A stretch of 64,000 bases of DNA from a virus. Taxonomy: Duplodnaviria > Caudoviricetes. Under the pieces are notes generated by a model that ran no database searches, had not been told where the DNA came from, and saw nothing but the letters and a program-made list of their open reading frames with translations. Every line of letters starts with the position of its first letter. Within the stretch, counting starts at the first letter, position 1. A program made the translations under genes and the position numbers. Positions 47,135 through 56,081 of this stretch are shown piece by piece. Where the stretch lies: positions 128,001-192,000 of the IMG/VR virus record IMGVR_UViG_2974670102_000001; one strand, given 5' to 3'.

Positions 47135-47620
47135 TTACTGCGCTGTTGCCACAAGCCGTGCAGCGGCCCCCAGTCCACTGTCAAGCGCCGGTTGATCCTG
47201 CGGAATCTCGGTGCTGTTCGTGAACAGGGACCAGTTTGCATCGGCCGCTGTCTCGGTCTTGTTTGCGTCTTTGTTCTGTTCTTCAGGCGTCTTGCCGTCA
47301 CGCACACCATACGCGTCGTCGAGCGCTTTCTTGGCGTCGTAGAGGCGGGACTTGTCTGCGCCCTGAAGGTTTCGTCCCTTGCGATTGATGAACCCGTTCA
47401 ACTTCGAACTGGCCTCACCACGATCTTCTGAGTGCTGCTTGAGTTGGCGCGCGATCTCGCTGGGGCTCTCGGTGAACGTGCCCTTCGGCAATTCTGAGCC
47501 TGCGCGTCGGCCCTTGCCTCGGTACTGCTGGTCCATGCGCTGCTGCCACGTCTTGTCCTGATCCTGCTTAGGCGGGTCCGTGATTTGGCGCTCAGCCAGC
47601 AGCCTATAGGCTGCTTTCAT
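47135..47620 (-). CDS. DUF3175-like protein, paralogue of 23820-24089
   Basis: LPKGTF..SPSEIA..L...ASSKLNGFINRKGRNL...LYDAKKAL; GGAGAAGG RBS before ATG 47620. Confidence 0.65.
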   Translation of the reverse strand: MKAAYRLLAERQITDPPKQDQDKTWQQRMDQQYRGKGRRAGSELPKGTFTESPSEIARQLKQHSEDRGEASSKLNGFINRKGRNLQGADKSRLYDAKKALDDAYGVRDGKTPEEQNKDANKTETAADANWSLFTNSTEIPQDQPALDSGLGAAARLVATAQ

Positions 47621-47643
47621 AACCTTCTCCATGTTCTCTGGCT

Positions 47644-47677
47644 GCAATAAAATTGGGACGCCTCAGCGTCCCAATTT
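47644..47677 (-). terminator. terminator hairpin whose 3' arm and U tail contain the class B motif CAATTTTAT (47647-47655)
   Basis: Minus strand: AATTGGGACGC-tgag-GCGTCCCAATT then TTATT. Confidence 0.6.
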
Positions 47678-47678
47678 G

Positions 47679-47966
47679 TTAAGTCGCCGATGTATCGCTT
47701 GGCGGTACAGGCAATAGCTGTAGTATGTAGGCCGTGTACGGCCGCACAATTGTCGTGTTGCCTATGTGCTCGGTCTCGTAGTACGTACGCTCATCGTAGT
47801 GCAGTTCACGACTAGTACCAAGTGCCGCTGGATCGAGTATCAGGACCCCATAGTTGAACTCGATTAGGTAGTCGTCCGGAACACTTGCGAGTACGTCAGG
47901 CCACTCTGTTTCGTCCCACGTCGCTACGTAGAACGTTTTGCTTATATCATCCTTGTAGGTGTCCAT
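47679..47966 (-). CDS. hypothetical protein
   Basis: 95-aa ORF; AAGGA RBS. Confidence 0.65.
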   Translation of the reverse strand: MDTYKDDISKTFYVATWDETEWPDVLASVPDDYLIEFNYGVLILDPAALGTSRELHYDERTYYETEHIGNTTIVRPYTAYILQLLPVPPSDTSAT

Positions 47967-47975
47967 ATGTTCCTT

Positions 47976-48341
47976 TTAACTCGGTGTGAACCAAGTAATA
48001 GTGGTCATTGGTTTAGCTGGGTCCAAGGTTGTCTGCGCTATGACCTCCAGCGTAACACCACTGTCTTGTGTGGTATACGGAAGGCCCGCTATGACTTCCA
48101 TGGATACACCATAATCGTTTGCCGGAATTAGGCCGGACGCCAACACCTCCATTTGAACCGCATAGTCATTCGCATTGAGCGGGGGTATGATCAGGACTTG
48201 TCGTGCTACAGCCTGACTCTTAACCGCCGATGACTGCGACAGTAGAACCTGCCGCGCTACTGCCCTAGCAGTAGACGCGGGAGATTGAACCGTGAGTAGC
48301 TGTCTGGCTAGGGCTTGGGCCTTTACTGGGTTACCTGCCAT
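47976..48341 (-). CDS. small protein with two different triple repeats
   Basis: 3x A(L/V)ARQ(L/V)L, then 3x D(Y/S)xVx(M/L)EV(L/I)A. Confidence 0.7.
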   Translation of the reverse strand: MAGNPVKAQALARQLLTVQSPASTARAVARQVLLSQSSAVKSQAVARQVLIIPPLNANDYAVQMEVLASGLIPANDYGVSMEVIAGLPYTTQDSGVTLEVIAQTTLDPAKPMTTITWFTPS

Positions 48342-48355
48342 GGGCTACTCCGTGA

Positions 48356-50608
48356 TTACGTTATGTGGTTCAAAGCAAACTGCGAGGCTTTGATCGAGTT
48401 GGTGGTCCACGCCTTGTTGCCGTTCGGATCGATATCAGACAGAACCGACACGTATGCAGGAGTCGTACCTGACACCGTGACTTGCGAACTGTCCGTTTCA
48501 GCACCGCTACTCCGCAACCCGACGCTAACAACCGGGGCCGTGGTCGAGGTTTTGGTGAAATACGTCTCCACCAACTGTGCCCGAGCCGTATAGCCTGCCG
48601 GAATCGTGTCTGCCGAAGAGTACACGTCAACGTCTCCGGAGTTCGAGGACGCTACGTTCTTCGAACTCAGGCTCGATAGTGCAGCCTGATTCACTGCGCT
48701 GGCGTTAGTGCCCGAGCCACCGGTCGGGACCCATTGGGCCTGAACATCGGCATCGGGACGCTGAACCGCGATGTTGATTTGACCGAGGTTACCGCTAAGG
48801 CCGGTGCCGTCTTCGAGCGTCACGTAGATATCGTCGATTGCGGTAAAGCACCCCGAACGTTGGAAGCCGATCAGGAACAGGCCCGTCGTGTCGATGTTGC
48901 GTGTGAACTGATAGGTGAACTTCGAGCCGATCTGCACACCGTCAATGTACATGTACACATCGAACTGGTTGACTGACGCGCTGTTCTTGACATACCGCAT
49001 TTCGAAGTAGTGATACAGGTTCGACGTTGCAGACAGCGATCCTGTCAGATACGTTGTGCTGTTTCCTACCGAATCCAGAATACCCCACTGACGATTGCCA
49101 CCAGAGGCCCCCGCCACGAATAGGTGCAAGAATCCACCGTACGTGTTGAAGACCGTAAACTGGCCGTTCGCGGCGGGCGCTCCGGATGCAGATACCACCA
49201 GACCGCTGCCAACACCACCTGTCAATCCAGTTGCTGTGGCGTCGAGCGCCTCGTATACGTTCAGCGCCTGCCAATTGGTCACCATGTCTGGGGTGGTGGC
49301 GATAATACCGGTAACGGAGCTTGAGAACAGTACGTATTTGCTACCGTCATACAGATAATTTGTATAGCCGCCGGTCGCGACGTTCGTGAGTGGAGTGCCC
49401 ACCAGAGTCCATGTAACACCATCTAGTGTGCTGTATACCGACCCACCGTTTGTCACCGCATAGAGCGTGCTGCCGACCAGTATAAGCTGGGTCGGCAGTA
49501 CTGGCAAACTCAGACCCAGCGTCATCGTCACTGTTCCGGACAGCGGACTAGGCGTTCCGGGAGTGCCGCCCGGATTGGTCGCGTACATAAGGCCCATGTT
49601 CGTGGCAAACACATAGCGATTCGCAGCGGGCAAGAACGCCATATCCGTAATGTAGTTACCACTTGGACCCGGTGCCGTCCAACCCGTGGCGGTCACCGTG
49701 AAGCTGGTCCACGCGCCCGATGTGTTCAGCGCTGAGTTTGCGGCAACTGCCATCAGCCCGTAACCGGAGTAGAAAAGAGCAACAACACCACTGCTACCGC
49801 CCAACAAACGACTTACGGTAGAAACCGCGTTAATGGCTTGAGTTGCACCGCCCCCGCTCGACGCTAGGGTAAAGTTGCCAGCGCCCTTCTTGGCGTCCCC
49901 CACCATTGCATACATGATGCCCTGAAATCCTGAACTGGTATTGGATATCACTGGAACAACATGAGGAAACGCCGAGTTGCCGGTGTCCACTGGACACATT
50001 GGGCTGGAAACCGACGCACTCGGAGTGACTGGTAGTGCTACGTTAGTCCAAGACGAACCGTTATTCGTTGAGTAGTTTATAGCCGTCGTATTAGTGCTTG
50101 TGTTGGAGACAACCAGCGGCACGCTAGACGTTTGGGAGTACGTCATAGCTAGGGCACCCGATATCTGTGCTGGCGTGTCCGTCCAGTTGATCAGGTCTGG
50201 CGACGTGCTGATGTTCGTGCCTGTTGCCCGACGGAACCCCCAGTAACGGGTTCCGTCAAAACCGCACCCTTGGCCCAGTGCTGCGCTAACGTAATACCCA
50301 GCGTTGCTGTTGAGTTTGGCACCAAAACCGAGTGTGATACCGCCCGCGTTCCAAGCCTGTTGAACTGTGTAGCCCGTATTGTAGTATCCCCACGTCTGGT
50401 CAGCAGCAGCGCCCCACAGAGCCGACGATGCCGCAGACGACTGAAACGCACCCACGGGACGCAGTGACGTTCCCGGGACGTTAGTAACGCTAGGCGCAAA
50501 CGTCACCTTCTTGGTTGTGGGAGCCTGTGGGGAAACGCTCCAGTTTTGCAGCCGCAGGTCGCTGTCGTCGCGGGTCGTTTCAAAACCCTGCATGTATTTG
50601 AGACTCAT
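48356..50608 (-). CDS. LamG/ConA-like virion protein, paralogue 3, with large inserted beta-rich domain
   Basis: QGFE N-terminus, YHYFEM, YIDG, IDD, QWVP..N...D.Y; inserted SPDLINWT, STNNGSSWT and TLDGVTWT Asp-box/BNR-like motifs. Confidence 0.65.
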   Translation of the reverse strand: MSLKYMQGFETTRDDSDLRLQNWSVSPQAPTTKKVTFAPSVTNVPGTSLRPVGAFQSSAASSALWGAAADQTWGYYNTGYTVQQAWNAGGITLGFGAKLNSNAGYYVSAALGQGCGFDGTRYWGFRRATGTNISTSPDLINWTDTPAQISGALAMTYSQTSSVPLVVSNTSTNTTAINYSTNNGSSWTNVALPVTPSASVSSPMCPVDTGNSAFPHVVPVISNTSSGFQGIMYAMVGDAKKGAGNFTLASSGGGATQAINAVSTVSRLLGGSSGVVALFYSGYGLMAVAANSALNTSGAWTSFTVTATGWTAPGPSGNYITDMAFLPAANRYVFATNMGLMYATNPGGTPGTPSPLSGTVTMTLGLSLPVLPTQLILVGSTLYAVTNGGSVYSTLDGVTWTLVGTPLTNVATGGYTNYLYDGSKYVLFSSSVTGIIATTPDMVTNWQALNVYEALDATATGLTGGVGSGLVVSASGAPAANGQFTVFNTYGGFLHLFVAGASGGNRQWGILDSVGNSTTYLTGSLSATSNLYHYFEMRYVKNSASVNQFDVYMYIDGVQIGSKFTYQFTRNIDTTGLFLIGFQRSGCFTAIDDIYVTLEDGTGLSGNLGQINIAVQRPDADVQAQWVPTGGSGTNASAVNQAALSSLSSKNVASSNSGDVDVYSSADTIPAGYTARAQLVETYFTKTSTTAPVVSVGLRSSGAETDSSQVTVSGTTPAYVSVLSDIDPNGNKAWTTNSIKASQFALNHIT

Positions 50609-50617
50609 ACGTATTCC

Positions 50618-51760
50618 TTAACGAGAAGTCTGGCCGAACTCTCCGGCATTCAGACTGGCTGTTGTCCAAGGGTTCGTGCCGTCTGTTTCTGCCACCGATA
50701 GATAGCGCGACGGGCCGTTCGATGTTGTCATTTGCGTCACACCGGACGAGCTTGATGTTTTGAAAGACCCCTGAATGTTCTGATACCGATTCGAGTTGCC
50801 ACGCATCACGACCGCACGCACATCGGATACCGCAGGCACATTCCATTTGTACGTATCGGTCTGGCCGGTGGCGCTTGCGGTCACGTAGTTGGCACCGGTC
50901 GTATCGGTGGCCGATTGCCAGTTGGGTTCGGCACCAGATGGAGTCCACTGGGTGACCGATCCGTTGCCCGTTGCCGAGACTGCGTAAATACGGCGTGCCG
51001 TGATAGCGGGTTCCGTTTCCGGGGTCGGCCACACACCAGCACCGAGAGGCCACGCGGCGTCCGCACCCGAAACGTTCTGAACCACGAGGTCATCAACGAA
51101 GTAGCTGATGAAGTTCGAGGCGAAGAACTTGAGGCGGTTCGCGATCTGCCCGGCCGTGAAGTTGTCTGCACTCCACGTCACCGGAATATCCTGCTGCAAC
51201 GTCGTGCCGTTGATCGTGTACGTGGCAGTCAGGACAGCCGACGATGCAGTCGATGTCGTGCTGTAGTACGAGAACTGAAGCTGTACCCAGTAGTACGTGT
51301 TCAACTGGATGTTGAAGTTGTACGGAGAACTGGTCGGGCTGTTGATGTTGGTGACGAACTGTAGGTTGGTGCCGCCCGACGACGAATTGCTGATGTTCAG
51401 GAGCGGATACCACGAGCCCGGAACGCCTGCGGTTCCGAGTGCGAGCAACGTGCCAGACCCCGGGTTCATCGTGTTGATGTTCAACCAGAAGTTGAAGGCG
51501 AACGCGGCCTTACCGCTGGTGGCAGTGTTCCCGCGAATCATCTGCATGGTCGACGGGAACTGGTACTCGAAGCCCGAGGTCAGGGACGCTGGGGCCCCCG
51601 ACGACGGGAACGTGAGAGCGGCACCGCCAAATGCGCCAGCCGACAAGTTCACCTGTCCGGCTATGGAACTGTTGGTCACGAACCATGGGTAGTTTGCGGC
51701 AAGCGTGCCTGAAGGGTAGATGTCAAACCCCTCGGCCGCTGCAATAAATTGTGCTGCCAT
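50618..51760 (-). CDS. LamG/ConA-like virion protein, paralogue 2
   Basis: EGFD N-terminus, GAFGG, YYWVQL, FVDD, G.G..TQWTPSG..NW...TG..D.Y. Confidence 0.65.
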   Translation of the reverse strand: MAAQFIAAAEGFDIYPSGTLAANYPWFVTNSSIAGQVNLSAGAFGGAALTFPSSGAPASLTSGFEYQFPSTMQMIRGNTATSGKAAFAFNFWLNINTMNPGSGTLLALGTAGVPGSWYPLLNISNSSSGGTNLQFVTNINSPTSSPYNFNIQLNTYYWVQLQFSYYSTTSTASSAVLTATYTINGTTLQQDIPVTWSADNFTAGQIANRLKFFASNFISYFVDDLVVQNVSGADAAWPLGAGVWPTPETEPAITARRIYAVSATGNGSVTQWTPSGAEPNWQSATDTTGANYVTASATGQTDTYKWNVPAVSDVRAVVMRGNSNRYQNIQGSFKTSSSSGVTQMTTSNGPSRYLSVAETDGTNPWTTASLNAGEFGQTSR

Positions 51761-51770
51761 TTGTTACTCC

Positions 51771-53066
51771 TTATTGCCACGTGCCACGTATGGTGATGGT
51801 GATGAGCGAAACGTTCGTCGTCGCAAACTGATAGGACAACTGATCGCCTGCTGCGTAATTGGTTGTGCTACCCGTGCTCGTAAACGAGTTGCCGTTCACC
51901 GTGTCGATGTTGAGCGTGCCGACCTGCGTACCAGTATTCGGGGTGGCCGCCGGATACTTCATGATGCGTATGGTAGCGGTAGTGCCGCTGATCAGCCGCA
52001 CGTTTGCCACCGAGTTCGCCCAGTTCTGCGGGAACTGGCACGGGTCCGTGAACATGTAGAACACTTCGTTCACGATGTTCGGATTGCCCTGAACGTTGAC
52101 TGGCAGACGCGCGATGCTCGGGTTGGGCGGTTGGTTCAGCAGGTCCGTGTAGGAGCCAGTGAGCGCAACCGTCGACAGCGTACCCGACGCGAGGTTACCT
52201 GCGGTCGCTGCGGTGTTCGTGAACTGCACGCCACCCAGCGTTGTGGTAGTTGCCTTGGGCAGCGAATACGGCGTAGGCTTGTTCGACAGGTCGTTGTAGT
52301 TGCCGGACGTGGCGACGGTCGCAAAGCCCGCGATGTCGGTAGCCGTCAGCGTGACCGTGCCAGTCTTACCGTTCACGGACGTGACGTTGGAGCCAGAGTT
52401 AGCGATCTTCGTCCACACGTTGTTCGACACCAGCGCCAAGTCACCGACAGCCCACGTGCTGATACCGTCGATTGATGTGGAGCCCGCAACCGATACCACG
52501 TAGTACGAACCGTTTGCCTGCGCAGTGCCACCAGCAACACCACCGTTTGCGAGAACCGGGTTGTTCGCGTTAGCGTCCCAGTTCCCCTTGTACGACAGGC
52601 CCCCCGTGATAGACGACGGCAGATATTTTGATGCGACAGTGCCCGACGGTCCTGACAGCAGGTCGGTTGGTAGACCAACGTCTGCGGCCGTAAGCGTCAC
52701 GGTGCCCGAGCGCGAGTTGACGCTTACGACACCAGCGTTGGTGATATTGCCGTTCGAATCCACAGCCAGACCGCCGCTGGCCGGAACCATCACGCCACCG
52801 AGCACCGCTGCCGATGCTTTCGGGAGTACGTAGTTGCCAGCCGATGGTTTGTTGGTCAGGTCGTTGTAGTTGCCGGTGAACGCCACCGTGGACAGGTCAC
52901 CCGGACCCAGACCGATCTCCTGAATAGCACCCGTGTTGTCGAGTGTGTACAGTTTTCGGTCTGGGAAGTTGATGGCCAACTGGCCGGTGAGTATCTGCGC
53001 CGTGGTGGGGCGAGCACCAGCGGTCAGCAGCCGTGGGTGCTGAACCGGGATGTTAAGAGCAGTCAT
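51771..53066 (-). CDS. distal fibre subunit with T4 gp37-like N-terminus
   Basis: R..TAGARP....TGQLAINFPDRKLYT.D..G.I..IG resembles the gp37 N-terminus; VATSGNYNDL and ATTTTLGG repeats; AAGD C-domain. Confidence 0.7.
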   Translation of the reverse strand: MTALNIPVQHPRLLTAGARPTTAQILTGQLAINFPDRKLYTLDNTGAIQEIGLGPGDLSTVAFTGNYNDLTNKPSAGNYVLPKASAAVLGGVMVPASGGLAVDSNGNITNAGVVSVNSRSGTVTLTAADVGLPTDLLSGPSGTVASKYLPSSITGGLSYKGNWDANANNPVLANGGVAGGTAQANGSYYVVSVAGSTSIDGISTWAVGDLALVSNNVWTKIANSGSNVTSVNGKTGTVTLTATDIAGFATVATSGNYNDLSNKPTPYSLPKATTTTLGGVQFTNTAATAGNLASGTLSTVALTGSYTDLLNQPPNPSIARLPVNVQGNPNIVNEVFYMFTDPCQFPQNWANSVANVRLISGTTATIRIMKYPAATPNTGTQVGTLNIDTVNGNSFTSTGSTTNYAAGDQLSYQFATTNVSLITITIRGTWQ

Positions 53067-53079
53067 TGTGTATTCCTAA

Positions 53080-55404
53080 TTAGCCGATGACGCCGCCATC
53101 GATAGTCAAGTTCTGCAAGAACGAAAGCGGAACTGCCGCGTCGCCCGTTGTTGGTGTGGTCAGCCCATTCAGGACTTGGCTACCCATGCTCAGCGGGCCC
53201 GTCATGGTCACGTTGCCCGAGACGGGCACCGCGTTCACGTTTGCAGCCGTGAGCGACACGTTACCGCTGCCGTTCGGGCTGACGCCGTTGACTGTCGACA
53301 CGGTGCCTGCGGGAATCGCGGCGGTGATCGTGACCAAGCCGTTTGCTTCGGCCAACGTAACGTTTTGACCAGCAACCAGCGACTTGATGATCGCAGAGTT
53401 TGCGGGCGGGTTGGATTCGACGAGCAGTACAGCGCCTGTGCCTGTTTGGCCCGTGACCGACGTTATCGCGTTAGCGATGGACGGAACAACAGACCAGCCC
53501 AAGTTCTGGCGCATGTAGCCGTTGCCATCGTTCGGGGCCTCCGGAACGCCGGTCCCCGAAATCTGGATGGAGTTGCCGGTGTTCGACAGCGAAATCGAGG
53601 GGCCTGCCGTGAACGTGATAGCGCCAGTCAGCGCGCCGGACGTTCCTGCCGTGATGGACGAAACTCCACCCGTGGCAGTCGACGCGATGGAAAGGTTCCC
53701 GTTCGCGTCCGGCGTGATCGTCACGCCCGATCCAGCAACCAGCGTCTTCAGCTTAATGTTACCGGTCGTCGACCCGTTGTTGCTGATGAGCGACGTGCCT
53801 GTTGCAGCGTTGTTGTCCGTGGCCTGCACAACTACCACACCGGTTTGTCCGGACACCGAAGCAACAGCACCAGTTGCCGAGATCGTGCCGTCCGCCGCGA
53901 TGCTGATGCCCGGACCGGCTTTGACGCCGCCTAGGTTCACGCCGGTCGGTGCCGCAAGCGACAGGTTACCTGTTCCGTCCACAGTCAGACCGGCCTTGAC
54001 AATCACACCACCGATGGTGGTGGTCGTAGCAGGGTTCAGCACTTGGTTCGCAGCAATCGTCAGCGTCTTGTTGTCGCCAGATGGCGTGATCGTGACGTTG
54101 GAGCCTGCGGCCAGCGACTTAATCGTCGCGATACCACCCGCAGTCCCGTTGTTGTCCACCAGACCAGTGCCAGTGCCTTCGTTGTTCACTGCCGTCAGCG
54201 CGCCCGAGGTTGCTGTCGAACTGATGGTGATGTTGCCGTTAGCGTCCGTGCCAAGCTGAATCAAGTTACCAGCAACCAGCGTCTTCAGCTTAGCGTTGCC
54301 AGTTGTTGCACCTGCGTTCGCGATCAGCGACGTGCCAGTTGCAGGATTGTTGTCTGTAGTACTGATAACAACTATGCCAGTCTGGCCCGAAACCGATTGC
54401 ACGTTACCCTGCGCATTGATTTGCAGGTTGCCGTTAGGGTCAGCAGCCAGTGTCACGTTGGAGCCAGCGACCAGCGTTTTCAGCTTGATGTTGCCGGTCG
54501 TCGCGCCACTATCCGTAATCAGCGACGTACCGGTTGCCCCGTTGTTGTTCGTAGCCTGAATGATAACGGCACCAGTTTGTGCGGACACCGAAGAAACCGG
54601 AGCCGGGACTGGTGCCGGGACTGAGATCGTGCCGTCAGCCGTCACGTTGATGTTGGCACCGATCTTGACTGCGCCAAGAACTGTGCTCGATGCCACGGCC
54701 GATACAATCTTGCCATCGGCACTCAACTGGATGCCCTGACCTTGCGGTACATACACACCGCCTAGGTGGGCCGCGTCCTGTCCCGCTGCCGGAAGAACGT
54801 ACTGGTTTGCGCCCGTCAGGACGAGGTTGCCCGATCCGTCTGGTGCGATGGTGATGCCCGAGCCCGCGACAAGCATCGCTAGACTCAAATTACCGGTTGT
54901 GGACCCATCGTTCTTGATGAGCGACACGCCGTTAGGAGCATTGTTGTCGACAAGCTTCACTACGACGTTGCCCTGCGAGTCCGGCGTCTGGTTGTTGACC
55001 GACCGAACGTCACCGGCAGTGTAGTTGGCCGTCGTCGTAGCCCCGTACACGGACCCATCGTTTGCGATGAACGTGGGGCCGCCCGGGTACTCGACACCGT
55101 TACGCCACACCTTCGAGCGTGTCGGCAGGCCCGAGTTGGGGTCCGTTACTTCGTAGAACAGATCGATTGCAGCACCGTCGATGATGCCTTGGCAGATCGC
55201 GGTGTACGGAAGGGCAAAGCGCCACCGGCTCTGGCCGATGTCGTAGATGTACGCGCCCTTGTCACGACCCGGGCCCTCTGTGGACGCCAAGATGACTGCT
55301 TCGGCCGTAGGGTCGATCGGCAGCGTGTCCACAGTAGGTGCCACCACCGTGTTCGCCACCCCGTTTCGGTGTAGCGTCAGGGAGTAGTAAAAAGTGCTGT
55401 CCAT
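53080..55404 (-). CDS. repetitive fibre subunit (gp36-like C-terminus)
   Basis: Repeated VSGQTG..DNN..TGTSLI...TTGN.KLKTLVAG units; ends TMTGPL...TIDGGVIG. Confidence 0.7.
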   Translation of the reverse strand: MDSTFYYSLTLHRNGVANTVVAPTVDTLPIDPTAEAVILASTEGPGRDKGAYIYDIGQSRWRFALPYTAICQGIIDGAAIDLFYEVTDPNSGLPTRSKVWRNGVEYPGGPTFIANDGSVYGATTTANYTAGDVRSVNNQTPDSQGNVVVKLVDNNAPNGVSLIKNDGSTTGNLSLAMLVAGSGITIAPDGSGNLVLTGANQYVLPAAGQDAAHLGGVYVPQGQGIQLSADGKIVSAVASSTVLGAVKIGANINVTADGTISVPAPVPAPVSSVSAQTGAVIIQATNNNGATGTSLITDSGATTGNIKLKTLVAGSNVTLAADPNGNLQINAQGNVQSVSGQTGIVVISTTDNNPATGTSLIANAGATTGNAKLKTLVAGNLIQLGTDANGNITISSTATSGALTAVNNEGTGTGLVDNNGTAGGIATIKSLAAGSNVTITPSGDNKTLTIAANQVLNPATTTTIGGVIVKAGLTVDGTGNLSLAAPTGVNLGGVKAGPGISIAADGTISATGAVASVSGQTGVVVVQATDNNAATGTSLISNNGSTTGNIKLKTLVAGSGVTITPDANGNLSIASTATGGVSSITAGTSGALTGAITFTAGPSISLSNTGNSIQISGTGVPEAPNDGNGYMRQNLGWSVVPSIANAITSVTGQTGTGAVLLVESNPPANSAIIKSLVAGQNVTLAEANGLVTITAAIPAGTVSTVNGVSPNGSGNVSLTAANVNAVPVSGNVTMTGPLSMGSQVLNGLTTPTTGDAAVPLSFLQNLTIDGGVIG

Positions 55405-55409
55405 AGTTC

Positions 55410-56081
55410 TCACCACGTGAATGCGGCGTTAGCCGAGTTGAGGCTTGGCATGCGTTGTTGAACAAGCTGTGTCAACGCTTCGCCCTGAGCCCCGTTTATT
55501 TTTTGTGTAACCGCCGTGTATGCGTCCTGATCTGCGAGCGCGCTCAGTCCGTTCTGGCTCCAGTACCAACCGGCACTCATGAACAGATCGGCGGCCTGTG
55601 TCACAAGGTCGGGATTGCTGACGACGCGCGTATCCCCGTAGATGGCTTGGCTGTATGCTGTGTAGTTCGAGCGCCCCGTCAGGTGGAATGCACCTCGCCC
55701 GCGAAACAGCCAGCCATCACCAGAAGCCACGTTGCCGTTGCCCATGCGCGAGGCATAGACCAGATTCGCGAGCTTCTGCGGGTTGCCAACATAGCTCGGC
55801 GCATACGCCTTGCTGGTATCGGCTTGGTTCATGGTGAACCGCGAAGGCCACACGGCGACCAGCCGTTCCGGCGTCGTGTAGTTCAAGTTCTCCACGAGCT
55901 TCGAGAAGCCAGCCGTCTCGTACGCGGCTTGCGCCATGAAATAACGCACACGGCGCGGACTCGCGTCGATACCGAATTTTGCCATCGCCGCGTTTGCTGC
56001 GTCTGCCATCACCTGAAGCTGTGTGGCCGGAATTTGTGGCGCAAATTTTGCGAGTTGCGCGCTCGTGATTGCGTATGCCAT
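55410..56081 (-). CDS. endolysin, glycoside hydrolase family 19
   Basis: FMAQAAYET..F..LVENLNY, ANLVYASRMGN, DGWLFRGRG..HLTGRSNY, SAGWYW, TQKING. Confidence 0.9.
   Translation of the reverse strand: MAYAITSAQLAKFAPQIPATQLQVMADAANAAMAKFGIDASPRRVRYFMAQAAYETAGFSKLVENLNYTTPERLVAVWPSRFTMNQADTSKAYAPSYVGNPQKLANLVYASRMGNGNVASGDGWLFRGRGAFHLTGRSNYTAYSQAIYGDTRVVSNPDLVTQAADLFMSAGWYWSQNGLSALADQDAYTAVTQKINGAQGEALTQLVQQRMPSLNSANAAFTW

Noticed and set aside
47113-47310. TAG read-through or recoding that would extend the fibre fragment
   Set aside because: The upstream in-frame sequence is an alternate frame of the DUF3175-like gene and is not fibre-like; TAG acts as a normal stop in other genes here
53080-55404. 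Diversity-generating retroelement or invertible fibre cassette suggested by near-identical repeats
   Set aside because: The repeats are direct, in-frame structural units; no reverse transcriptase, invertase, adenine-specific variation or inverted sites were seen
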